The position numbers and the translations under genes were made by a program. Source: Arenicellales bacterium (GTDB taxonomy: Bacteria > Pseudomonadota > Gammaproteobacteria > Arenicellales > JAJDZL01). Taken from it: a DNA stretch of 64,000 nt. The stretch covers positions 546,328-610,327 of the forward strand of contig OZ253563.1 of NCBI GenBank assembly GCA_965262855.1, given 5' to 3'. This document shows positions 1 through 8,326 of the stretch, one piece after another (the first letter of the stretch is position 1; every line of letters begins with the position of its first letter). The notes under the pieces are model-generated. The model did not search any database, had not been told where the DNA came from, and worked only from the letters and a program-made list of their open reading frames with translations.

Positions 1-756
1 ATCTTGTCTGACGATTTCAAGCAGGGTGTCGAGGGCGAAAACTGCGTCTCCTCGAACCAGGTTGATCGCGGCGAGTTGATAGTGAGCATGCCAGTTATTT
101 TCGTCCTGCTGGATTTGGTCGCGCAATTCTTCTTCAGATGGGCTGTTTTCTGCAAGTTCGATGAACTCCAACGCTGCACTGATGGAATTGTACTCAGGAT
201 TATTGTGAGTTTCCTTTACCTTGGCGAGCGTCTCTTTAGAGTTTTGAAATTCCTGCTGGCGCAGGTAGAGATTTGCAAGACGAAGAAGAGCAGCGTCTGA
301 ATCATCGCTTTTTAACTGCTCAATGGCTTCGGAAACTCGACCTTGACTGACCAGATTTTGTATTGGATCTTCAGGCGGTTGATTTTGCTGAGCAACATGT
401 TTCGACAAAAATTGCTGAATGTTATTTTTAGGTTGTGCTCCCTGAAAGCCGTCTACAACTGCGCCATCTTTAATCAAAAAAACGGTGGGTACGCTACGCA
501 CAGAAAACTGCATCGCAAGCTCCTGTTGTTCGTCTATGTTGATTTTTGCCAGCTGAATTTCACCTGCATATTCGTTTGCAAGTTCTTCAAGGATTGGGGT
601 AAGGGTTTTGCACGGATCGCACCAGGGTGCCCAAAAATCTACGACAACCGGAACAGTTCTCGATTTTTCGACAACTTGCTCAAAGAAATTTTCGGCATCA
701 ACATCGACCATGTTCGAGGTTGGAATAGGAATTTCGTCACTGATCAACTGAACCAT
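1..756 (-). CDS. thioredoxin-domain plus TPR-like co-chaperone (YbbN/CnoX-like); 3' end lies outside the window
   Basis: The minus-strand frame is open from the ATG (complement of 754-756) to the window edge, which is why it is missing from the ORF track. My translation is MVQLISDEIPIPTSNMVDVDAENFFEQVVEKSRTVPVVVDFWAPWCDPCKTLTPILEELANEY... It shows a thioredoxin fold with a WCxPC site followed by a helical C-terminal part. The plus-strand ORFs 4-300 and 343-774 are its antisense shadows. Confidence 0.8.
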   Translation of the reverse strand, partial: MVQLISDEIPIPTSNMVDVDAENFFEQVVEKSRTVPVVVDFWAPWCDPCKTLTPILEELANEYAGEIQLAKINIDEQQELAMQFSVRSVPTVFLIKDGAVVDGFQGAQPKNNIQQFLSKHVAQQNQPPEDPIQNLVSQGRVSEAIEQLKSDDSDAALLRLANLYLRQQEFQNSKETLAKVKETHNNPEYNSISAALEFIELAENSPSEEELRDQIQQDENNWHAHYQLAAINLVRGDAVFALDTLLEIVRQD

Positions 757-789
757 GAACTTACCTCTGTTTGACAACAAAAATTCAAA

Positions 790-864
790 TGGCGCTCCCT
801 AGGGGGATCGAACCCCTGTTCCCGGCTTGAGAGGCCGATGTCCTGACCGCTAGACGAAGGGAGC
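790..864 (-). tRNA. tRNA-Glu, anticodon CUC
   Basis: The reverse complement is GCTCCCT TC GTCT AGCGGTCA GGAC A TCGGC CTCTCAA GCCGG GAAC AGGGG TTCGATC CCCCT AGGGAGC G CCA. It has a 7-bp acceptor stem, a 4-bp D stem, a 5-bp anticodon stem with loop C-T-CTC-A-A, a TTCGATC T-loop and an encoded CCA. Total length is 75 nt. Confidence 0.9.
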
Positions 865-943
865 AGACGTGCAACTAACATAAATAATAAATGGTATCAC
901 AAATAAAGATTTCAAATTTCTGCTCCCAACAGGTCGTTCATTG

Positions 944-2209
944 ATGGCGCTACCGAGGGTTATTGCGAATGCCGAGCATGGGATTTCACGTTCAAGATTA
1001 AGTTCTGGAGCGGTGGATGTCACCCGAATTCTGAAGTCTGCCGGTTTTTCAGCAGAACTTGTAGGAGGTTGTGTTCGAGATTTGCTGCTCGGCAAGAGTC
1101 CTAAAGACTTTGACGTCGCAACCAGTGCTACGCCGGAGCAGATTCAAGGGCTGTTTCGCAGATGTCGTGTATTTGGCCGTCGCTTTCGGCTCGCCGAGGT
1201 AAGAATCGGTGCTGAACTCATTCAGGTCGCTACTTACCGGTCAGCACCGGGTACCTCTAGACGTTCCAGCAGGGCGCGAAACATATCAGCGACCGGAAAA
1301 ATCTTGAAAGATAATAATTTTGGAAATATCGAAAAGGACGCATTCCGGAGAGATTTGACGATTAATGCTTTGTATCTGCATCCTTCAGATATGAAAATTT
1401 ACGACTACACGGATGGATTCCGAGATATGCAGGAGGGCGTCATCCGAGTGATCGGCAACGCAGAGCATCGATATCGAGAAGACCCGGTACGGATGCTCCG
1501 GGCAATCCGATTCGCAGCTTCGCTCCAATTCAAGCTAGAAGCGAATACAGTGCAACCTGTCGTTGAGCTTGCCAGCCTGCTCCGTGATGTATCGCATTCA
1601 CGTCTTGGTGATGAGTTCATAAAATTATTCTTTAACGGGCATGCGCACTCAACCTTTCAACTGCTCAACGAGCATGCTGTTTTTCCAATACTCTTTCCTG
1701 CCTATTCGGATAGCCGCGGGATTGGGGCGGATGACCGTGCAGTTCATTGGCTTAATCTGCTTTTTCAAGATACGGATCAGCGTGTACAAAGTGCGGAACC
1801 TTTGAGTATGGCATATACGATGGCAGCAATACTGTGGATGCCCTATTTACGTGCGATTCATGAGCGACGCCGGCGTTCTAGAAATAAGAATCACACGATA
1901 CACCCCATTGCAGAGAATATGCTGACTCAACAGAATCAAAGAATATTTATTTCGCGGATGCATGGGTATCGAATTCAGGATATCTGGCAGCTTCAGAAAA
2001 GGCTTGAAAATGAAAGTCCAGGGCGTAGTAGAGTAGTGCACGACAGAAGTTTTCGAGCTGCACTTCGTCTTTTTGAACTGCGGTCAAATTTCGGCGAGGT
2101 GGATGCGTCGCTGTGTAGGAAGTGGGTTGAACTTCGCACTGAAATGATGGAAAAAAGTCAAAAGAAAAAACGTCGGCCGCCACGAAAGAGAAGGACTCGC
2201 GGAGTATGA
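944..2209 (+). CDS. pcnB: poly(A) polymerase I
   Basis: The motif GGCVRDLLLGKSPKDFDVAT marks the nucleotidyltransferase core, and the C-terminal tail is basic. The gene is followed by folK, as in E. coli. The ATG at 944 sits directly after the TTG at 941 used in the ORF track. Confidence 0.9.
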   Translation: MALPRVIANAEHGISRSRLSSGAVDVTRILKSAGFSAELVGGCVRDLLLGKSPKDFDVATSATPEQIQGLFRRCRVFGRRFRLAEVRIGAELIQVATYRSAPGTSRRSSRARNISATGKILKDNNFGNIEKDAFRRDLTINALYLHPSDMKIYDYTDGFRDMQEGVIRVIGNAEHRYREDPVRMLRAIRFAASLQFKLEANTVQPVVELASLLRDVSHSRLGDEFIKLFFNGHAHSTFQLLNEHAVFPILFPAYSDSRGIGADDRAVHWLNLLFQDTDQRVQSAEPLSMAYTMAAILWMPYLRAIHERRRRSRNKNHTIHPIAENMLTQQNQRIFISRMHGYRIQDIWQLQKRLENESPGRSRVVHDRSFRAALRLFELRSNFGEVDASLCRKWVELRTEMMEKSQKKKRRPPRKRRTRGV

Positions 2210-2709
2210 TTGGACGAGTCGAAGCCATCGCTTATATCGGGGTTGGAAGTAATCTTGATGATCCGCAGCATCAAGTCATTCAAGCCATGAATGCGGTTGA
2301 TCAATCCAGACAATGCACGGTAATTGCAAGATCGTCGCTCTACGGGTCGGAGCCGGTGGGATTTTCTGATCAACCTGATTTCGTAAATGCAGTTTGCAAA
2401 ATTTCAACAACTCTGGCACCGCTGCCGTTACTCAAGCACCTGCTGAAACTCGAAAAAGCAATTGGTAGAATACGGGTCAGTCTGCCGAATCGGCCGCGCA
2501 GAATTGATCTTGATCTTCTGCTGTATGGGAGCGAACAGCTAGAGACTGCGGAGCTGATATTGCCGCATCCTCGAATACGCGAACGTCGATTCGTGTTGGA
2601 GCCACTGGTTGAAATCAGCCGGGATTTGGAGATTCCGGGAAAAGGAAATGCGCTTGATTTTCTTGAGATGTGTATGAATCAGCAAGTGAATAAACTGAAT
2701 TGTGAGTAA
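2206..2709 (+). CDS. folK: 2-amino-4-hydroxy-6-hydroxymethyldihydropteridine pyrophosphokinase
   Basis: The 167-aa product reads AYIGVGSNLDDP...RPRRIDLDLLLYG...LPHPRIRERRFVLEPL, which is typical of HPPK. It overlaps the pcnB stop by 4 nt. Confidence 0.9.
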   Translation: MIGRVEAIAYIGVGSNLDDPQHQVIQAMNAVDQSRQCTVIARSSLYGSEPVGFSDQPDFVNAVCKISTTLAPLPLLKHLLKLEKAIGRIRVSLPNRPRRIDLDLLLYGSEQLETAELILPHPRIRERRFVLEPLVEISRDLEIPGKGNALDFLEMCMNQQVNKLNCE

Positions 2710-2768
2710 CATATTGCGATACATGGATTGCTTGAAAAAAAGCAACGAGAAATAGGAGAAAACTGCTT

Positions 2769-3998
2769 ATGAACATACCTGGACAACCTAGCCGCGTGCT
2801 TTCCGGCATGCGGCCGACGGGTCGTCTTCATCTCGGACACTATCACGGTGTCATCAAACCATGGATCGAACTGCAGCACCTCCACGAGTGTTACTATTTT
2901 GTCGCTGACTGGCATGCACTGACTACCGAGTATGAAGTTGGATCTGCATTTTCCATGAAGGACAATGTCTGGGATATGATTATCGACTGGCTCGCTGCAG
3001 GCGTTGACCCGGAGCTTGCTACGATATTTATTCAGTCTCGGGTTCCCGAACATGCCGAACTGTTTCTTTTATTGTCCATGGTGAGTCCACTCGGCTGGCT
3101 TGAGCGCGTGCCCAGTTTTAAGGACCAGCAAGAAAAGCTGAAAGACAGGGAACTGTCGACACTCGGATTTCTGGGCTATCCTGTTTTGCAGAGTGCGGAT
3201 ATTCTGATATACCGAGCATCGAAGGTTCCGGTTGGAGCGGATCAGGTGCCTCACATCGAAGTGACTCGAGAAATTGCTAGACGGTTCAATGTCATATTTG
3301 GCCGAGAGCCTGATTTTCGAGAAAAAGCAGAGTTGTCGATTAAAAAGCTTGGTAAAAAGCTGGGGAAACAATATCGCGAGTTTCAACAAGCCTATACCGT
3401 ACGCGGTAACAGAGAAGCGTTGGAAAAAGCTCAACTGCTATTGGAACAAACTCACAACTTGTCTCGAGGAGATCGTGAACGACTCATGGGATATCTGGAA
3501 GGAACCGGCAGGCAGATTCTTACCGAACCTGAGGCGATGGTACCCGAAAATGTTGCATCCAAAGTTCCCGGCTTGGATGGACAGAAAATGTCCAAATCTT
3601 ATGGCAACGCGATTTATCTTCGTGACGACCCCGATCGAATTGAAAAATCTATACGATCCATGCCGACTGACCCAGCACGAATTCGTAGAAATGATCCTGG
3701 CGATCCGAAAAAGTGTCCTGTATTTGATCTGCATGTAATCTATTCAAGTGAAGAAGTACGAAAATGGGTTTGTGAAGGCTGTACGACAGCTGCAATTGGT
3801 TGTCTGGAATGCAAAGCCCCTTTGATCGATGAAGTGTTGAAAGAACAGCGTGATCACGCGGAACGTGCGAAACCGTATATTGAGGATCCGGATTTTCTCA
3901 AGAGAGTCATTGCAGACGGCTGTGAGCGTGCAGGCGCCGTTGCAGAAGCAACCATGAGCGACGTTCGAAGGTATGTCGGAACCAGTGGATATCGATGA
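2769..3998 (+). CDS. trpS: tryptophanyl-tRNA synthetase, long form with a C-terminal Cys cluster
   Basis: It has the class I HIGH-type motif GRLHLGHYHG and KMSKS at residues 273-277. An insertion of about 80 aa precedes KMSKS. Cysteines lie at residues 316, 335, 338, 345 and 348. Confidence 0.9.
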   Translation: MNIPGQPSRVLSGMRPTGRLHLGHYHGVIKPWIELQHLHECYYFVADWHALTTEYEVGSAFSMKDNVWDMIIDWLAAGVDPELATIFIQSRVPEHAELFLLLSMVSPLGWLERVPSFKDQQEKLKDRELSTLGFLGYPVLQSADILIYRASKVPVGADQVPHIEVTREIARRFNVIFGREPDFREKAELSIKKLGKKLGKQYREFQQAYTVRGNREALEKAQLLLEQTHNLSRGDRERLMGYLEGTGRQILTEPEAMVPENVASKVPGLDGQKMSKSYGNAIYLRDDPDRIEKSIRSMPTDPARIRRNDPGDPKKCPVFDLHVIYSSEEVRKWVCEGCTTAAIGCLECKAPLIDEVLKEQRDHAERAKPYIEDPDFLKRVIADGCERAGAVAEATMSDVRRYVGTSGYR

Positions 3999-4791
3999 TT
4001 TGGATGAAAATGTAGTTAACATAAAGCAGACTTCCTCTGCCAGAAAAGACAGGGAAATCCCGAGTGATCTCTATATCCCGGCCGATGCGCTTGAGGTAAT
4101 CACTCAAGATTTTGAGGGGCCGCTGGATCTTCTGTTGTACTTGATACGAAAAAACAGTTTCGACGTGTTGAACATCCCTGTAGCTGAAGTTGCGGAACAG
4201 TACGCAAAATACATTGATTTGATGCAGAAAATTCAGCTGGAACTGGCAGGCGAGTATCTGGCGATGGCGGCTACCCTGGCTCAGATCAAGTCCAGGCTTT
4301 TGCTGCCTCCGAGACAGAGAGAAACAGAGGATGAAGAAGAAATTGATCCGCGCCTCGAACTAGCATTGCGGCTGCAGGAATATGAAAAGATCAGGGCGAT
4401 CGCAGAACTGCTGGATAAACGACCGAGAATTGGCCGAGAAATCTTCAGCGTTCATGCACATGGAACACCGGTTCAGACCACAGCAGAATTTGAAAAGGTT
4501 GAACTAGCGTATTTAATCGAAGCATTTCAGGGTGTTCTGCAACTGGCTGAGAGCAGTTCATCTATCGTCATGCATCGGGAAACCATGTCGGTGAAGGATA
4601 AAGTTGAATCAATTGTTGAAGTATTAAGGGTTGCCGGACAACTTCCATTTGGAGATTTATTTGACCGTCGAGAAGGAAAGGCCGGAATTGTCGTTGCATT
4701 TCTGGCGATATTGGAATTGATCAATTCAAAACGAGCCTACGCCATACAGGCTACAGCCGATTCCCCCATCCATATTCATTTGAACGAATAG
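3973..4791 (+). CDS. scpA: segregation and condensation protein A
   Basis: It carries the FEGPLDLLLYLIRKNSFDVLNIPVAEVAEQY motif and is directly followed by scpB. Confidence 0.85.
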   Translation: MSEPVDIDDLDENVVNIKQTSSARKDREIPSDLYIPADALEVITQDFEGPLDLLLYLIRKNSFDVLNIPVAEVAEQYAKYIDLMQKIQLELAGEYLAMAATLAQIKSRLLLPPRQRETEDEEEIDPRLELALRLQEYEKIRAIAELLDKRPRIGREIFSVHAHGTPVQTTAEFEKVELAYLIEAFQGVLQLAESSSSIVMHRETMSVKDKVESIVEVLRVAGQLPFGDLFDRREGKAGIVVAFLAILELINSKRAYAIQATADSPIHIHLNE

Positions 4792-5361
4792 ATGACCGTT
4801 AATTATCGCAAACTCAAAAATATTGTCGAAGCTGCGGTACTGACTTCGGAAATACCAGTATCCGTGGAGCAAATTCGCAGTCTTTTTTCCGATGAAGATA
4901 AACTGGATACGCTTGATGTGGAGCGAGTGCTGCTGGAGATGGAGAGAGATTGCGACAATCGAGGTGTGATGCTCAAAAGAATCGACAATGGTTACCGGTA
5001 TCAGTCGCGTGAAGAGTTTGCGCCGTGGCTGCGCAAACTATCCGAAATTCGTCCGCGTCGATACTCCAGAGCACTGATGGAGACTTTATCGATCATTGCG
5101 TTCCGACAGCCGGTAACACGCGGAGACATTGAAAATATTCGAGGTGTATCGGTATCCACAGAAATCATGCGAACTCTGTTGACCAATGAGTGGATTGAGC
5201 AGGCGGGTTATAAACAGGTGCCAGGCCGTCCAGCACTGTTTCGTACGACACGAAAATTTCTTGAGTATTTCAACCTTGAATCTCTTGACGAACTGCCAGC
5301 GCTGGATTTGCTTGAAAGACAAGCTGCTCGCGAAGTCGAATCGAGTGCGAGTGAGAGTTGA
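4792..5361 (+). CDS. scpB: segregation and condensation protein B
   Basis: It carries the SRALMETLSIIAFRQPVTRGDIENIRGV motif. Its start abuts the scpA stop. Confidence 0.85.
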   Translation: MTVNYRKLKNIVEAAVLTSEIPVSVEQIRSLFSDEDKLDTLDVERVLLEMERDCDNRGVMLKRIDNGYRYQSREEFAPWLRKLSEIRPRRYSRALMETLSIIAFRQPVTRGDIENIRGVSVSTEIMRTLLTNEWIEQAGYKQVPGRPALFRTTRKFLEYFNLESLDELPALDLLERQAAREVESSASES

Positions 5362-5405
5362 GTGCACTCCTGATCAACACGTTCAGTTCTGGTTGATGTA
5401 AAAGC

Positions 5406-6152
5406 GTGAGCGAACGAGTTCAGAAGTTTCTGGCTCGGTCCGGATACGGATCCCGCCGCCAGATTGAAAAGTGGTTGGTCGAAGGTAGAATTCGCTCAGA
5501 TGAAGGGATTTATTCGCTTGGCGATAAAGTAGTCTTGAATGATATTGTGATTCTCGATGGCCAGCGGATTCGAGTTACAAGCTCAAATTCACCGACTCGA
5601 GTCATAGCCTATCACAAGAAAGAAGGAGAAATCTGCACTCACTCCGACCCTGCCAATCGTCCGACGATTCTGGAATCAATACCTTCGATAACTGAGGGTC
5701 GCTGGGCTACGGTCGGACGATTAGACCTCAACACGACTGGATTGATACTAATTTCAAATGATGGTGATCTCGTTCATGGACTAATGCATCCAAGCAGTCA
5801 GATTGAGCGCGAGTATTTGTGTCGTGTACTGGGCGAGACAAGTTCAAAAACGTTACAGAAATTGCGTAACGGAGTTCAATCAAACGGCGAATTTCTTCGA
5901 TTCGATCATATTGAACTCGTGTCAGGCAAGGGCGCTAATCAGTGGTATCGCATCCGGTTGACTCGCGGCAAGAATCGAGAAATTCGCCGTGCTTGGGAAG
6001 CAGTTGGCCACCGCGTCAGTCGACTAAAGCGAATCCGTTACGGCCCCATACATTTGAGGAAGAATCTGAAACAGGGAGAGTGGGCTGAACTGGATCAGAA
6101 TCAGATCGCGATACTCAAAGCGATTGCCAACCCGAATCCCTTGACTTCGTAG
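5406..6152 (+). CDS. rluB: 23S rRNA pseudouridine synthase B; the last codons are supplied by the IS insertion
   Basis: The N-terminus is an S4 domain (RVQKFLARSGYGSRRQIEKWL) and the catalytic motif is GRLDLNTTGLILISNDGDL. It starts with GTG. The C-terminus reads ...ANPNPLTS*, whereas the duplicated downstream copy reads ...ANPNPQL*. Confidence 0.85.
   Translation: MSERVQKFLARSGYGSRRQIEKWLVEGRIRSDEGIYSLGDKVVLNDIVILDGQRIRVTSSNSPTRVIAYHKKEGEICTHSDPANRPTILESIPSITEGRWATVGRLDLNTTGLILISNDGDLVHGLMHPSSQIEREYLCRVLGETSSKTLQKLRNGVQSNGEFLRFDHIELVSGKGANQWYRIRLTRGKNREIRRAWEAVGHRVSRLKRIRYGPIHLRKNLKQGEWAELDQNQIAILKAIANPNPLTS
5969..6139. repeat. 171-bp direct repeat, copy 1 (rluB 3' end)
   Basis: Base-by-base comparison shows it is identical to 8131-8301. 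It abuts the left end of the IS-like insert. Confidence 0.95.
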
Positions 6153-8130
6153 AAAACTCGATTTTTACTCGATTTTCCGGATTTCATTTTTCAATATTAT
6201 CATCATCTTGCAAGCGTCCATCCTGAAAAACAGCGATGTAGTGCCCTCATCAAAATAATACTTGCATATCAATCCGGACTGATGTATAACTTCATCCATG
6301 TTTGTAAGAAAGAAATTCGATGCCGCCCGAAACCGATACCGGGTGCAGATCGTGCAGAGCTTCCGCGACGGCAAGAAGGTGCGCCAGAAGATTATCCGCC
6401 ATGTCGGCACCGCGCCCGGCGGCGCCCAGCTGACAAAGCTGATGGAGCTCGGCGAGTTCATCAAGGAAGATCTCCGGCAGCAGTCCAATCCGCAGCAGGA
6501 GCTGTTCACGCCCAAGCAATACGCGGATCTTCTGAGCCAGTGCCGACGCAACCGCAAAGCGGCGCACCTCGGCGTCGACCTTGGACAGTGCCGGGAACAA
6601 AACCGCCTGAACATCGGCGTGCGCGAAGCATTCGGCCGGCTTTACTCGAGCATGGGCTGGGACCGCCTGCTCGGTTCCCGCAAAGCCAGCGCCAATCGCA
6701 TCATCAAGGAACTGGTGCTGGCGCGCATCGCCCAGCCGCGGTCGAAACGCGGCACCGTCATGGAGCTGGCAAGAGACGGCGGCGTGACGCTGAATCTGGA
6801 CTGGGTCTATCAGTCCATGGACTATCTTGACCCGCGGGTGATTGACAGCATACGCCGAAACGCGTCGGCCCGGGCTGAGGAACTTTTCACGCAGCCGATC
6901 GATGTCCTGTTCTATGACACCACGACACTTTATTTTCAAAGCGACCGGGAAGACTACGGCCAAAACAAAGATCCTCTTCGCTTCAAGGGCTACAGCAAGG
7001 ACGGCAAGCCGCATCGAACCCAGGTGGTGCTGGCATTGCTGGTGACCCGCGGCGGGATTCCGCTGGATTATGAGCTTTATCCGGGCAACACCTACGAGGG
7101 CGACACGCTGTGCCGGGCGCTCGATGGCATCACCGAACGATACGATGTGAGCCGGGTGACCGTGGTGGCCGATGCCGGGCTGTTCAGCCACAGCAATCTT
7201 GAATGGCTGCGCGAGCGCAACCTGCCCTACATTGTGGGGTTTCGCGCCAAGAATGCGACGCGCAAGCTCAAGGAGCAGATTCTCGATGCCGACGGCTATG
7301 AGGGCTATATGTTCGACCAGGATGGTGAGGCTCAGTGCAACTGCAAGATCATCGCCCGCGGCGAGGAGCGAATCATCGCGACTTATTCAAAGAAGCGGGC
7401 GAGAAAAGACCGCCACAGCCGAGAGCGGGCGCTGGAGAAGCTGCTCAAGCGCCTGAAGCGTAGCGCAAAGCCGCTCAGCTTGGTGTCAAAAGGACATGCG
7501 CGGTTTCTCAACGTTCCATCTGACGGCGAGGCCACGGTCAATGAGGAAAAAGTGGCACAGGCCGCGCGCTGGGACGGCATCCACACCATCATCGCCTGGG
7601 GCAACGATCAGCTCAGCACCACCGAGCTGCTGCACCAATACCGTCAGCTGTGGCACATCGAACGCGGATTTCGCACCAACAAGCACGATCTGAGGATCCG
7701 ACCGATCTTTCATTGGACAAGCCGGCGCATCCGAGCCCATATCGCCATCTGTTTCATGGCGTATTGCTGTGTGCAGCACATGAGCCACCGGCTCCAGGCG
7801 CTCGGACATCCGATGAGTCCGGAATCGATGCGGCGCGAACTGAACCACCTGCAGGTCAGCATTCTGGAAAACCACCAAGACGACCGCAGATTCGCGATAC
7901 CGAGCAACGCGTCGGCGCAAGCCAGACGGATCTATCGCTGTGTGAACCTCAAGTGGAGCACCGTACCGTTTGAGATCAAGCCCATGTGACAACCGACCTG
8001 ATCCTTGCCAAATCGCTGCTGACACTGTGGCGCAATCTGACCGGTTTTGGTACCAACCTCAAAATGTAGTGCCCACATTTGAACCTCGATTCAATTAAAA
8101 CAACTATTTACAGCGAAAGTTCTATTAACT
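6140..8130 (+). mobile_element. IS1634-family-like insertion sequence (1991 bp between the long direct repeats)
   Basis: A single 563-aa transposase ORF sits in sequence bounded exactly by the 171-bp duplication. The core is GC-rich and the ends are AT-rich. I could not find terminal inverted repeats by eye, so the exact termini are inferred only from the repeat boundaries. Confidence 0.7.
6298..7989 (+). CDS. DDE transposase, IS1634-family-like
   Basis: The 563-aa N-terminus, MFVRKKFDAARNRYRVQIVQSFRDGKKVRQKIIRHVGTA, matches the pattern I recall for IS1634-family transposases. The C-terminal part (...YRQLWHIERGFRTNKHDLRIRPIFHW...) is typical of the IS4/IS1634 DDE region. Family assignment is from memory, not from a search. 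Confidence 0.8.
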   Translation: MFVRKKFDAARNRYRVQIVQSFRDGKKVRQKIIRHVGTAPGGAQLTKLMELGEFIKEDLRQQSNPQQELFTPKQYADLLSQCRRNRKAAHLGVDLGQCREQNRLNIGVREAFGRLYSSMGWDRLLGSRKASANRIIKELVLARIAQPRSKRGTVMELARDGGVTLNLDWVYQSMDYLDPRVIDSIRRNASARAEELFTQPIDVLFYDTTTLYFQSDREDYGQNKDPLRFKGYSKDGKPHRTQVVLALLVTRGGIPLDYELYPGNTYEGDTLCRALDGITERYDVSRVTVVADAGLFSHSNLEWLRERNLPYIVGFRAKNATRKLKEQILDADGYEGYMFDQDGEAQCNCKIIARGEERIIATYSKKRARKDRHSRERALEKLLKRLKRSAKPLSLVSKGHARFLNVPSDGEATVNEEKVAQAARWDGIHTIIAWGNDQLSTTELLHQYRQLWHIERGFRTNKHDLRIRPIFHWTSRRIRAHIAICFMAYCCVQHMSHRLQALGHPMSPESMRRELNHLQVSILENHQDDRRFAIPSNASAQARRIYRCVNLKWSTVPFEIKPM

Positions 8131-8301
8131 CAAGAATCGAGAAATTCGCCGTGCTTGGGAAGCAGTTGGCCACCGCGTCAGTCGACTAAAGCGAATCCGT
8201 TACGGCCCCATACATTTGAGGAAGAATCTGAAACAGGGAGAGTGGGCTGAACTGGATCAGAATCAGATCGCGATACTCAAAGCGATTGCCAACCCGAATC
8301 C
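8131..8301. repeat. 171-bp direct repeat, copy 2
   Basis: It is identical to 5969-6139 and abuts the right end of the IS-like insert. Confidence 0.95.
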
Positions 8302-8311
8302 GCAGTTGTGA
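8131..8311 (+). pseudogene. orphan 3' fragment of rluB (duplicated target sequence plus the native stop)
   Basis: It is in frame with the rluB C-terminus and ends ...AAC CCG AAT CCG CAG TTG TGA. It has no start codon or upstream coding sequence. Confidence 0.8.
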
Positions 8312-8326
8312 TTGTAGGCACCTTGT

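Noticed and set aside
4-774. Plus-strand ORFs 4-300 (98 aa) and 343-774 (143 aa).
   Set aside because: They lie antisense to a clearly recognisable thioredoxin/YbbN-like gene on the minus strand. Their translations are low-complexity with no motifs.
6165-8025. Multiple long ORFs overlapping the IS1634-like transposase: 6292-7191 minus (299 aa), 6282-6830 plus (182 aa), 7486-8025 minus (179 aa) and others.
   Set aside because: They are Arg/Ala/Pro-rich translations of the kind expected from stop-codon depletion in GC-rich DNA. All overlap the single coherent transposase frame.
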